A DNA stretch of 64,000 nucleotides from the NCBI GenBank assembly GCA_002189035.1, contig NEEC01000017.1:1798001-1862000 (forward strand), in the 5' to 3' direction. This document shows positions 1 to 14,056 of this stretch, one piece after another (position 1 is the stretch's first letter; each line of letters begins with the position of its first letter). The notes under the pieces were generated by a model. It searched no databases. It was not told the origin of the DNA and saw only the letters and a program-made list of their open reading frames with translations. Made by a program: the position numbers and the translations under genes. Source of the DNA: Utricularia gibba. Lineage: Eukaryota; Plantae; Magnoliophyta.

Positions 1-550
1 GCGGCAGAATCGGCCGGGCGAAGCAAGGGTGGGACATCGGGGTCACGGAAATTTACCTGCAGCCATCGCCCCTCTTCACCAGCCTGGAAATTCCGGCCTC
101 CTTGTGGATCATAGAGTGCCACCAGGACGAGGTTCCTGTCAAACCCTTCTTATGAATCCGTGTCTCTGATACCATGCTGCATTTCTTGGAAACCGATACA
201 GTTATCTCCATGTTGGCAGGTCTACGAGCTTCCTCCCACTGCAGAGATCCTGGGGAGATCGAACAAGACGGGGATCGAGATGTTCAAATTCGGCGATCAC
301 ATGATGGGGATTCAAGGGCACCCCGAGTACACCAAGGACATCCTGCTCTACCTCCTCCAACGCCTCCGCCACGACGAGCTCATCGAGGTTCGTTTCCACA
401 GACTCCCTTTCCTAATAGAAGCATATGCATCACCCTGCTCTCGTGTACTTGCAGCACTCGGCGGCTGAAATGATCGAGTCCAAGCTGAAGGACAGCGAGC
501 CCAACAAGGAGATGTGGAAGAAGCTCTGCACCAACTTCCTCAAGGGCTAG
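1..550 (+). CDS. GGP: Gamma-glutamyl peptidase / class I glutamine amidotransferase-like protein, 5'-truncated by the window edge; exons <1-131, 220-387, 455-550
   Basis: The spliced frame reads GRIGRAKQGWDIG...IECHQDE|VYELPPTAEILGRS...MGIQGHPEYTKDIL...|HSAAEMIESKLKDSEPNKEMWKKLCTNFLKG*. It has GT-AG introns and the catalytic HPE motif of class I GATases. Confidence 0.9.
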
Positions 551-3137
551 ACACACGGTGGTTCGATACAGTCCGATGTCAGGAGGATTCTTCTGTCATA
601 TAGTGTCCAATAAGAGAATCCTCCCAAAATACCAAACATTACCAGGCTGTAACTTGTAACATAATATTGTAAGGTGTTGATCATGCAATCTAAATATCAA
701 TGTTACTCCAAACGAGTACACAAAAGTAGGATTTGTGTTGAATTCGCACCGTGTCAAATGACGAATTACATTATCTTAAGTATATAATGTTAGAATACAT
801 AATTCCACATTAGAAAATGAAAATACAATAATCAATTATATAAGAAATTACATATCACAAGTAATCAATTGGGTATAATTTTTTTTAATATAATCTATGT
901 TTCTTATATATTTGGACTTTACGTGTGCAGATCCATCAATCCTGAATTTCAACATATATAACACCCATGAACTCCAAAATCAAAACCACAATCTCAATCT
1001 CTCAACCAATTGCAATTTCTCCGTCGTCTTATCATACTCAATGTTGCATGGCAGGCTCGTCCAATGCCCAACGTGCATGCATGGCGCACGATAGCAGAAG
1101 GTGCCCTATGAGGATGATCCTTGCACAGTTTATCATCACATGGGAAATGATGATCATCACAAACTCCCCCGTAATAATTATTTACTTTATATTCACATTT
1201 AATGTTGTGCTATTGGGAATACACTAAGATGTCACAAAAGAAAATGATACTCCTTTTTTGGAGGGGGAGCACACCACAATAATAGTGACCTAATCACCCT
1301 TTCTGAATCACGAAAACAATGATATAAAATTATGGGCGTGTCTTTTACTAATAGTATATATTTATGTGTGTGGATGAGGAGATTCGTGAATTCATGGATT
1401 TGAGTGCGTTGATTTCTGATTTTAAAAATTATTGATGCGTCATATTAATTTTAATTTATAATATTTAAATTATTTTTAAAAGTGTCAAAATAAATTAATT
1501 TTTAACTAAAAAATTAATGAAGCAAATATTGCAACGAATATGTGTATTTTCTATTGAGATAGATCTAATTGGAGTTTGAGAAATAAATTTTCATACACTA
1601 TTTGTGCCATTATTATCACAACAATACATTTATGTAATCCTAATTAAATAATAAAATTCCATAAATAGATTAAAATTAAAGAATAAACAATTTACATATA
1701 TTTTAATATCAGATTCACAAATTCATAAATGTAAATTCCAAATAAAAAATTCAACATTTACAGAAAACAAATGAAAATTAAAGCAATATCCGATGAATAA
1801 TGAATGATTATTGTCAAACTTTGAATGAGGGACAATAATGATAATCGATTAGTTATGATATAACACTCTGAGATTAAGATAGACAAAAATATAATAAAAT
1901 CAAATGAAATGAATGGTTTTGATTAGTTAATTAAACAAATATTTATTATTAAAATTATCCATTAAAAATATTAAAATTAATAATAACTCCGTACCTATGC
2001 ACTGGGTTCGCTGGTGAATCGGTGATTCCCAGCTTTGGTATCTCATATATGGAATTATTTGGTTAATTAATAAATTAAATATCGTGTTTGATACAATTTT
2101 TGTCTTAAAATTACACTTTTATGTGTTGATGCGAATGAGACGTGTGGTGTCCAGCACACACAACAACAGTTAAAAGAAAGGAGTATATGGGATGACGTTC
2201 CTAAAATATTGCATCACATTGATAATAAATAATAACTAACTACTATTATTTGTACATTTAAATTTTGGAGATAATAAATAATATAAGTAATCCACCTAAA
2301 TTTTATTATTTTTCCAACGTTTCCAAATATTAATATAATAAAATAATGCAAAAAAAAGCATGTGTGTTTGGGATTGGATGGGTATAAAGGTAAATACGAG
2401 GCAAACACGAAACGGTTCCTTTTTTTTTTTCCCACGAGGCAGACATAAAACGTTGTAGGCTTCATTTCCCCTTTTTTGCTTTCTAACGAATTGCAGATTG
2501 CACCTGGACGGGTTTAGGGGCCAGGGGGGAGGAGTATTCAAGAAGACATGGTTTGCCCAGCAACCCACTTCAAGAGACACACACCTATCAAGTCTCCTAG
2601 TCATGGATGCTTTACCCTTGCGTGTCCATAACTAATTATGGAAATTAAATATCATTTTCATTAATAAGTAATATAATTTGACTGTAATTAAATTACTATA
2701 TTTTGAATAATAAAATAATTTTAAATATATTATTACTGGGCTCCCAGCATGACGGGCCTCTAATGTAGAAACCCAGTGCAGAGCATTATTCAAAGAATCC
2801 GTCCTTTGCCAACTTCCCCGGATTTTGAAAACTAGCCGTTATTTCATATATTACGATCAATTTTTTATATACATTATATCTATTTTTTCATATACTTTAG
2901 AGTTCAATGCTCTCTTCTAAATACCCTGCGATTTGTAACCTTATTTTAGATGAGCATGCTATACCCAAATTATATTTCATGAGATCGATGAATCAAGATA
3001 TGTTCGATAAATCTAGGTATGTGAAGTCATATGTTTGTCATATATGTGAAATTTTTTTTATATATGGTAACATATCAAATATCTAAATCATATCTAACAA
3101 AATATCTATTTTCTAGATTCATCAGAACTTGACTATG

Positions 3138-3145
3138 TATAAATA
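3138..3145 (+). promoter_or_regulatory. TATA box (TATAAATA) of the BAG gene
   Basis: Canonical motif about 120 nt upstream of ATG 3264. Confidence 0.5.
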
Positions 3146-3263
3146 GTAGGGTTTTTCATGGTTATGTGTTGTGTGTTTTCTCTTTAAAAACTGTTTGTAC
3201 ATTTATACTGACGTTTGGAATTTGGAGGGTCGATTTTGCGAACGCGCGCGGCGGACGGAGACG

Positions 3264-4047
3264 ATGCGAGGAGGTGAACCTTTTGGCAAGTACCGACGCC
3301 GGAAGGTTGTTCGAATTCCGGTGCGTTTCGTCGGTTCTGAGGAAGTGGAGAGATCGGAGTTCGCGTTGGGGATTCAGAAGGTTTACAGGGGATTTAGGGT
3401 TAGAAAATGTGTGAAGAAGATTCGTGAGATGGACTCTGAAATTGAGGCGGTTGAGAAAAGGATTGACGTGGTGGATTTGACGGATTGGAAGGAGAGGATA
3501 AGGATGGACGAAACTCTGATGTCTATGCTACTGAAGATGGATTCGATCAGCGGAAAGGATTACGGCGTGCGTGTTTTGAGGAAAGCTGTGATTCGGAAGG
3601 CGATCACTTTGCAGGAGAGAATCGATGCAATGGCGACGGTTGGTTCCGAGGCTCACGGCGGTGAGATCACACGAGGGACTGAGCCTCCATCAGCCGTCTT
3701 CGTCACATGCGCCGGAAGTGTTCGTGAAAATGCCGAGCAAGCTACATCGCGCATTGAATCGTCGATGGAGGATACAATGGATCATCACGAACCGAACCAC
3801 GGAAAGATCGCAGGCGATTCGGAAGATAGCGACTGGCGTCCATGGCGACGAGGCGCTGAAGCAAATGGCGGAGGGGAACGCGAAGATGTTCAGGATGATG
3901 GAGCAGTTGTGCGAGAGAACCGAAGCGCAGACGCGCATGCTGGACGCGCTTCACCAGCGCGTGGGAAATCTGGAGAAGCTCTTCCTTGGCGACCGGGTTA
4001 TGCGAGGATTGGGCTATGAAACTTTATTTTCCTTGAGTGACGTGTAA
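3264..4047 (+). CDS. IQ-motif + BAG-domain protein (BAG5/6-like) with C-terminal coiled coil; single exon, one frameshift near 3830-3850
   Basis: IQ-like IQKVYRGFRVRK is followed by the BAG helix bundle (ERIRMDETLMSMLLKMDSISG...VRVLRKAVIRKAITLQERID). The family-like C-terminal coiled coil (EGNAKMFRMMEQLCERTEAQTRMLDALHQRVGNLEK) lies in the +1 frame and ends at TAA 4047. Confidence 0.8.
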
Positions 4048-4055
4048 TTTTCTCA

Positions 4056-4098
4056 GCCCATTTTAAATGGGCCGGACCAATAGGAAATGTCACGTGTG
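4056..4098. promoter_or_regulatory. Cluster of inverted site II elements (GCCCA-TTTTAAA-TGGGC), CCAAT box and G-box (CACGTG)
   Basis: The motifs are read directly at 4056-4072, 4077-4081 and 4091-4096. They lie just 3' of the BAG stop codon, so the target gene is unclear. Confidence 0.35.
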
Positions 4099-5475
4099 TG
4101 CTGCTTTCGGTTTGGTCCGTACCCGTTTTCTTTGATGGGTAACGGCCTATTATACCCACGACAGCCCATTCCATAGTTACATCTCCTTATGAAACTCCCA
4201 TCCTAATGTTTCCTAATGTAGAAAATATATTAAATAGTTAGGCGACTCTTACTAGCAACCTAAAATCATTTTGTACGATATTGTTCATTTTGAATATTCA
4301 TCTCTTACGATTTTATGTCATTCTTTTCAAGAAAAAATATCTTCTATAACGTTATAAAGATTCATCTATTTAAACATGTTAACTCTCTCATTCGATAACC
4401 AATATGATATATCATTACCTATCGTTGTACATTATCTTGAATAGATTCATTTTAAAATCTATTGATAAGATGTTATAGTTCTTCAAAGTCTTGAAAAAAT
4501 CCGGATAAAATGAGAATAATTTACTTCCGTAAAATATTGTATTTTTTAAGAATAAGAATTTAAATTGTGTAAGAATGAAAAAAAAATATATTATTTGGTA
4601 TGATTATTAAATAATACTTACAAGCAAAATATCATGTAAATATCCTGTTGATTGTGACTTGGGAAAACGCCGGCCATTTGCAGCAAGAGAAAATTCTAAC
4701 ATGTGGGGAGGTCAATTGCGGGTTGCTGTTAATCATCACTCTCCTTTTCATTACCTAAACATGATCCGAGGATCCGGGCATCGCGGTAAGGATCAAGGAC
4801 ATTACACTGAGAGAATTCCGATAAGTTCTTTCTATTACAGAGGGACAGGTCCTTCCTTTCTATTCCAGACAACCTTGGATTTGGAGTGACGGTGTGTGTG
4901 AGTTGGGATGGGCGGAACCAAGCCAGCGGATACATTTGAACTGGTCAGTGATGACTCCTGTGGCTGCTGCTGGTCAAGCCGGGCGCACAGCAGGCGTTCT
5001 CTCTCTCTCCAGTCAATGCCCTCAGCTGCAAAACACTGACTTCAACTCAATTATAGAGGAGAAGCCGGGTCGGGTTGGTGAGATGGGGATTATGATATGA
5101 GCAGCACTCGATGATGATGAAACCAGCCAGATACAGGCAAGCGCCATCTGTTTTGGTGACAGAAACACGGTGCTGCTTCCTGGCAGCCGCTGGTTTTCGT
5201 ACAGGAGTACTGGTTCTCCATTTTTCATATTCTAAGCATTAGCTCTAAGAGGAGTTGGAGTTGTACCAAATTCAAAGCACAATTTACAAGTTCAGAGGAC
5301 CTGAACATGACAAGTGCAACTCGCAAATGGTTTTGTATCCCAAATTGAATAAGTTAGTGTAATTGTACAACGAATTGGGTAAGTGGCACTGCAGTAGGGT
5401 ATTAATGGTTTTGTGGGTGGGGCGGATAGGCGCAGGACTGCCCTACGTTGCACCATACCTGGCCACAAATCCCAC

Positions 5476-5482
5476 TATAAAT
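5476..5482 (+). promoter_or_regulatory. Probable TATA box (TATAAAT) for squalene epoxidase
   Basis: Motif about 150 nt upstream of ATG 5629 and 400 nt upstream of ATG 5880. Confidence 0.4.
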
Positions 5483-5879
5483 TCTACTGCTGTAGCAAGC
5501 GCATGTGCCTCATCAAGTTCCATCATCTTCAACGTTCGAGGGAAATCAGAGAATTGCTTCTCTTTCGGTTTCTGAATTTCAAGTTTAGATTTTGAAACTC
5601 AGGCGAGCGGTCAAACAAACAAACCACCATGCCCAAAGCTGCATTCTTTCAGTCCATTATGGGGTCTGCTGGACTAGTCTCCAGAGGTATCCTCCATTTA
5701 TGTTCTGGAGCTTCTTGTTTTCTTTTTGTTTTTCCAACCGTCCGCTTTTTTTTATTTGCGTATTTATTTATGGGCGCGTCGCTCATTCATCGCCAACTCA
5801 GTGGGTTCTTGTGAACGAGAAGAACCCAAAAAAAGCCCCTGATTTTCTTTAATTTTCGAATTCAGGCTCCGAATCGGCG

Positions 5880-8460
<2,581 letters not shown>

Positions 8461-9332
8461 AGTACACAACAGAAGCGGCAGCAATCCATCCATCCATCCA
8501 TATTCATTTCATTCTATTTGATTGCTGTAACTGTAGCTTGTACCAAACCAAACTGGGGAGGAGAAGAGAAGGGCTCTCCCCTGCCTGATGACACATCATT
8601 GCTTGGAATTCCACTTCTTTAAATAATCAAAGAAAACACACACCCAACTTATTATTTGTAGTGGACAGGAATTTAAATTCAATGATTCCCTTGTCAGTGC
8701 GACACTATAATTAAAAAGTGTGACGCTGTACTTTTGGATAACTTATTTTTTATACAAGATAATCGAGTGGGTCCCACGACTAGGAGATCGGATCTCACGG
8801 TGGGCCAAATAATTGAGTTGGTTGGCATCACTTACCAAATAATTCAATCACGTAATCTTTTTCATGTATAAGAATTCAGAAACATTTTTTTTTGTGTGTG
8901 TTTAATACCACCATCTTTCAAATATTAATTAAACGTAACTCATAATCTCGTAAAACTAAACCACGGCTGAGTAAAATAATAACATTTACCTGTAGGGCGA
9001 GGGCAGAGAAGTCATTTGCAGAAAACCTTATCCATCCACCTATTTGTTAGTATTTTTTTTTTATTTTGAGCAGGGGAATTTGGTCAGTAATGAGACCACT
9101 GACTGCAGCAGCAGAATACTGTACTAATGATCTATTTCATTATGAACATTTCCTTACAGAGATGGACTCCTGCCTGTGTGGCAGTGTGTCCGAATCTTAC
9201 CTTATTTATGTCGTTATTTCACTGGAGTAGTAACAATGTTTTCCATCAGCCTTACCAACTCATCCTGCCTCCGAGGAAACCAGATGTTGCTTGTATATTA
9301 CAATCTGCGGAGGTCGTAGAAAAGGGGGAGGA

Positions 9333-12325
9333 TCATGGATCCTCCAGATGGTGATCCGTTTCATCGTATATCTCTTCCTGGACAGAGCAACATGCATGGA
9401 TCAAGTGTCTGAAATGTGCTGCTTTTGAAGGAAAGATGGTGTGTCACCTGTAGAAGCTCTTCTATTACGTCTTCCATGGTGATGATTCCGACGGCTTCGC
9501 CTTCTTCCGACAACATGGGGAGTAGGTTCCCGTCTACCTCCAGGATTTGGGAGTACATGTTTTTGGTCCACTTCCTGCTCCTGTGTTGGGAGTCCTTGAA
9601 AGAGTTGGATCCGTTGTTGGGAAAGCTCTTCCATTTCTGCAGCTTCCTGATGTTCTTCACACTTCTGTCGGTCTGACTCCTGTCCCCGTCGATGTCTACC
9701 TTCACCTCTTTGAGAGGACCTGCCACCGGAGCAAGTTAGGGGGTCAGACTGGAAGTGTGGGGGGTTTAGAGGAGTTTACTCTGTGAGGGGGGTTGCGAGC
9801 GGCTGGATTTGCTGGGCTGTCTAACGACGACGGCCATGTGGCTGTGGCCCTTTTGAAACTCGTTCAAGATGTCATACAATGGCATGCTCTCTGGAACCCT
9901 GTGAAGAGATGAATTTTGATTCCATTTTTGAGAATAAGAGAGCACATACACGAAAAGGGCATTTCAAGTATCTCTAGAATTGAGTGACTACAGAAGACTA
10001 GATGTGAACATCCAATAATAAAAGCAAGGCCTTTTGCCAAATGCAAAAAGAACTCCATTCAACGTTTTTTCAGAAAATACAGCCAGCCATGGCGAACAAA
10101 AAGGCTTAGCGAAGGTTGTCGGGTGGGGAAAAAAACAAGAAGCTGGAAGTGATCAGATAGCCGAGCGAAGGAATAGATGTATTCTCAACATACACAGCCA
10201 ATAGGAATCATACGATGGATACCTTGGTATTCTGCGGATAGTAACACTTTTCACGGGAGTTTCATCCTCAGCGTGAATGGTTAACAAATTCTTCACCTGT
10301 AAAAGGCCAAGAGAAGAATATCAAGCCTCATACCTTGTTCGAGTAGACTACCTGCTCAAAATTTTGATCATATAGAATGAATGATAATTTGCAAATATGC
10401 ACTATGTATGAGGATGTAAGTTAAGCCTCGCTATGTTTCTTTGGAAAAACTCATTCAGGAACGAAAAATAAACTATGAAGGCAATGCATGAGGCAACGAG
10501 TACCAAAACAAGCCCAATAATGTTTGTTGGTTGCTCATAGTAGACAGGCACCCTGCTGTGTCCCTTCTCCAATATTATATTTAGCATATCTCTTCAAGGA
10601 AAAAAAAAAACAAAACAAAAAAAATTTGTCAGCCTGCACGCCTAAACAGGGGAAGCCCTGCTGAATGGAGTCATGCTTCACCTGTCAAGCTTTGCATTTA
10701 TGTCGACGGCAAACGTTTCAGATATTGGAGTCATAGCATCACCAGCAGTTTTCTCAGTGAGTTCTAGTGCTCCAGCAATAATAGTTGTTTCATCATGAGT
10801 GAGTTCCCCACCTTTACCAGCCTGCATTAAGTCGACAGAGTAGTAATATGAAAAATAGCATTCACATTAAGACGCGCTTCCATCATGCTATACCTCATTC
10901 CCATGCATATCAACAAGAGTTTTCAACTCTGCACGTCGAAACAGTGTTCTATGGCCATGGCCTAGTAGTAAATCCAACAACTGTACAACAACACAAAAAC
11001 CGTCAAAACACATTGCATGACTTGCTAAGACCACAATTTCAATATGTTGCAGTAACATGATGCATACCTTGCTTATAGGATAAGCAATTGGGAAACAGAT
11101 TATAACAAGGATGCGTACAACTGGAGCCATTGCTGCACCAATAGCAAGTCCATATCTTGAGCAAACAGACTGTGGTATGATCTGAAAGTAGAAAAAGAAG
11201 TCTGCCATGAATACGCATTAAAATATACAGAGGACGTTTTGTTGAGCTATTTTTCCTTGCTTGGTTGAATAAGCTAGTTCACAGGGCACGACAAATCAAT
11301 TAACATCAAATAAAAGAATGGTAATTTTGAGGTGAATCTCGACCTTTCTTGTATTTAAAAGCTGGTAAGTCTCTTGTGTTTCACTTATTCCAACATTTAA
11401 CTCCTGCCTATTTCTAAATATGAACTAAAAGGTAACAAGACATAAAACTATTGAAACTTTCGTCCTAGAATAGTTAGTTTCTGTGTAGAAGAAAATTACC
11501 CACCTCACCAAACAAAAGTATCAGGGTTACTGATATCAAAATTGCTCCATAGGCTGTTATCAAACTGTCCAGGAATATAGGAAGTGCCTGAACACCGAAT
11601 TTTAGAATTTCTATTAGTGATGAGCATAATAGAAGCAGCCATTAAAACGGGGAGCCACCTTTATTTACCTCCATAGCAGCAGCATTGCAAACGAGCAGAG
11701 TCACGAGCAATAGATGCTGGTTTCTTACTACTGGCAATATCTTCTCTACAATAGGTGAAATATATTGTTAGTCCTCCAAATTCTAAACGCGTAAGACACA
11801 ATCCGCAAATATCGAGTTGACAATTAGCGTGAAATATGGTCACACGGCAACGAATAGTGTCAGTCAGTGAACAACCGAAGGAGAAAGGATAAGTAATAGC
11901 GAAAATAAAGGCGAAAATCAGACGCAAAACCTCAACACGACCCTCTTTTCTATCAAGCAGAAGCGAAAACAAAAAGCGAAATGCTACCGTAGCTTACAAC
12001 TCAGATTCTCACTCTGGCATCCCACTGAAATTCCAGCTAAACAAAACACGCAGCACCAAATCCGAGGCACACGATCACAGACAATCAGGACACTCGAAAT
12101 AAGGCATGAAAAAAAGCATTCGAATCCAAAAGCCTAATAAGGCATACCAGCATGCTCCTTATCTTTAGCAGTTCCAGACTTCGCAAGAACTTCAAGATCG
12201 ACAAGACTAAGAGACATGAGTCCCAAAGTTAATCCAGACATGAGTCCAGCAAACGCAACGAGCAGCACGATCACTGCAATGTGAATGAAGAATTCAGCGC
12301 TGCAACATGTGTACTCCACCGCCAT
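9333..12325 (-). CDS. DUF21 (CNNM) + CBS domain membrane protein (At2g14520/At4g33700-like), multi-exon
   Basis: Exons read MAVEYTCC...[108 protein letters not shown] and [14 protein letters not shown]|[14 protein letters not shown] (stop 9335-9333). Confidence 0.93.
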
Positions 12326-13312
12326 TCACCGCTCCGCCAACAGCTACCAGAGTTTTTCTCGACCGTCGAAATGGATTCCGAATGACAAAATCCCCCTCGC
12401 GGCGGTTCAGTAGACAAATTCAGAGGACGGCGGCGAATGAGGTGCTAAATAGCCGAAGGAAGGTGATTAATTATATATATATATATACATACAAACACTT
12501 GCGCTGGCTTTCGAGGCTGCTACACCGTCTTTAGTCTCAACAGATGGCGTGTTTCCCAATCGCGAAATTCGTCGCTGGCACCTGCTGTTACTTTTTATTT
12601 ATTTATTTATTTATTTTTATTTCCTCCCATTTTTGTCGCAATTGAAAATTACAGTTTTAATAAAAAAATGCAACTTCCATAGATAATAATTTTATTTAAA
12701 TTTTAAAAAACATTTTTAAATGCGGAAATGATAGCATGGGTGTAGGCCGGTAGGATACAAGATAGAGTGTTCAATATTTTAATTATAAGAAAATAATTTA
12801 CAAAGTCAAAACACATTATTTTAATAGAATAGATGTAATTTGGTACACCATCTAAATAATAATAATCAGAAAATTAAAATCTAATTCAAAAGGTATCAAA
12901 AAGTTGAAAGTATGAATTAGAAATTTGACATGTGTAAGATATTATGTGATAAAAATCATCATTCATAATGTAAATTTTTTAATTTAATGTATGAGAGAGT
13001 TTGATTAATTAGAAAGCTCAACATTTTTTTTCTAAACGACCCTGGCCTCCATATTAAGGTTCCATGTGTACCTAGGGATGCCCTCCCCATAGGCTGCTCT
13101 ATTTATAGAAGGAACAGATGACCCTTCAGTCCTTGGTTCACCTTTATCATCATCACTTGATGATACCACTAATCTGGAAGGGCATTTTCGGTAATTCGCG
13201 CCAAATCATTCATGTGCCATGAGTTCATTTGTGTGGACTCCAAAAGGGCCTCCTGCACCATCCATTTGAGCATAAAAGCTACCTAAATTTCCCATCCATT
13301 TTACTTTTCACC

Positions 13313-13892
13313 ATGGCCATTAGAGCATTGGATTGTTGGGTATTGTTGTTTTGGGGGTTTTGTTGATCTTATGGCCGCTCCCATTATCAACTCCGTCGAC
13401 CGGCGACGCCGCCTTCGTCATCGGACCGGGGGTTAAGGCCACCCACAACCCCTATCCGGGCATATTATCTGAAGAGAGGAGCCGATTCAGTATCAACATG
13501 GAGGCATCCTTCCTAGCAGCTCACAACATCGCCCGTGGACTCGCCCACGTCCCGCCGCTGCTATGGAACGCCACCCTCGCCGAGTACGCGCAGCGTCCCG
13601 GCGGCGGACTGCGAGATGCGGCATTCGCAAGGTCCCTATGGAGAAAACATCGCAGAAGGGTCGTGGGGCATGACACCGGAACAGGCAGTCGAGCTGTGGA
13701 TCCAAGAGAAGAAGGCGTTCCTTGGGAACCCCATGGGGTGCATGGCCTCAGGGGAGTGTTTGCATTACACTCAGGTGGTGTGGAGGGCGACGAGGGGGGG
13801 GGTGCGCCCAGGCGAAGTGCTCCAATGGCTGGAAGTTCGTGGCCTGCAACTACTTCCCCCCAGGGAACTACATCGGGCAGCTCCCTTACTAA
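13313..13892 (+). pseudogene. PR-1/CAP (cysteine-rich secretory protein) family gene with three frame disruptions; either a pseudogene or a mis-assembled functional gene
   Basis: Joining frames gives a signal peptide (MAIRALGLLGIVVLGVLLILW), [51 protein letters not shown] and [30 protein letters not shown]. Frame breaks fall at ~13330, ~13595 and in the G9 run at 13794-13802. Confidence 0.8.
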
Positions 13893-14056
13893 CCAGGAGC
13901 CCTGTGAGAGATGCTCTGTATTTCACCTGTTTTCCAAGCTGCAGAGTGTATAATGATAATAGGCTTGATCCTTAATGAACAACAACAAGGATGATTCAAT
14001 GAATATGAGACTGATACTGGTATACAGAAGGGAATCAGTGGTGTAAGAGATCACCC

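Noticed and set aside
4948-5039. C/D box snoRNA-like arrangement (GTGATGA...CTGA, 92 nt)
   Set aside because: No convincing terminal stem, and the only rRNA complementarity I could find is about 8 bp with a wobble.
10175-10225. GTATCC donor in a CBS-gene intron suggesting U12 type
   Set aside because: It continues GTATCCAT rather than GTATCCTT, and I saw no U12 branch point near its acceptor.
13050-13260. LTR-like motif CTCTATTTATAG and GC-richer block upstream of the PR-1-like gene
   Set aside because: No TG...CA termini, TSD, PBS or PPT; it is equally explained as promoter sequence.
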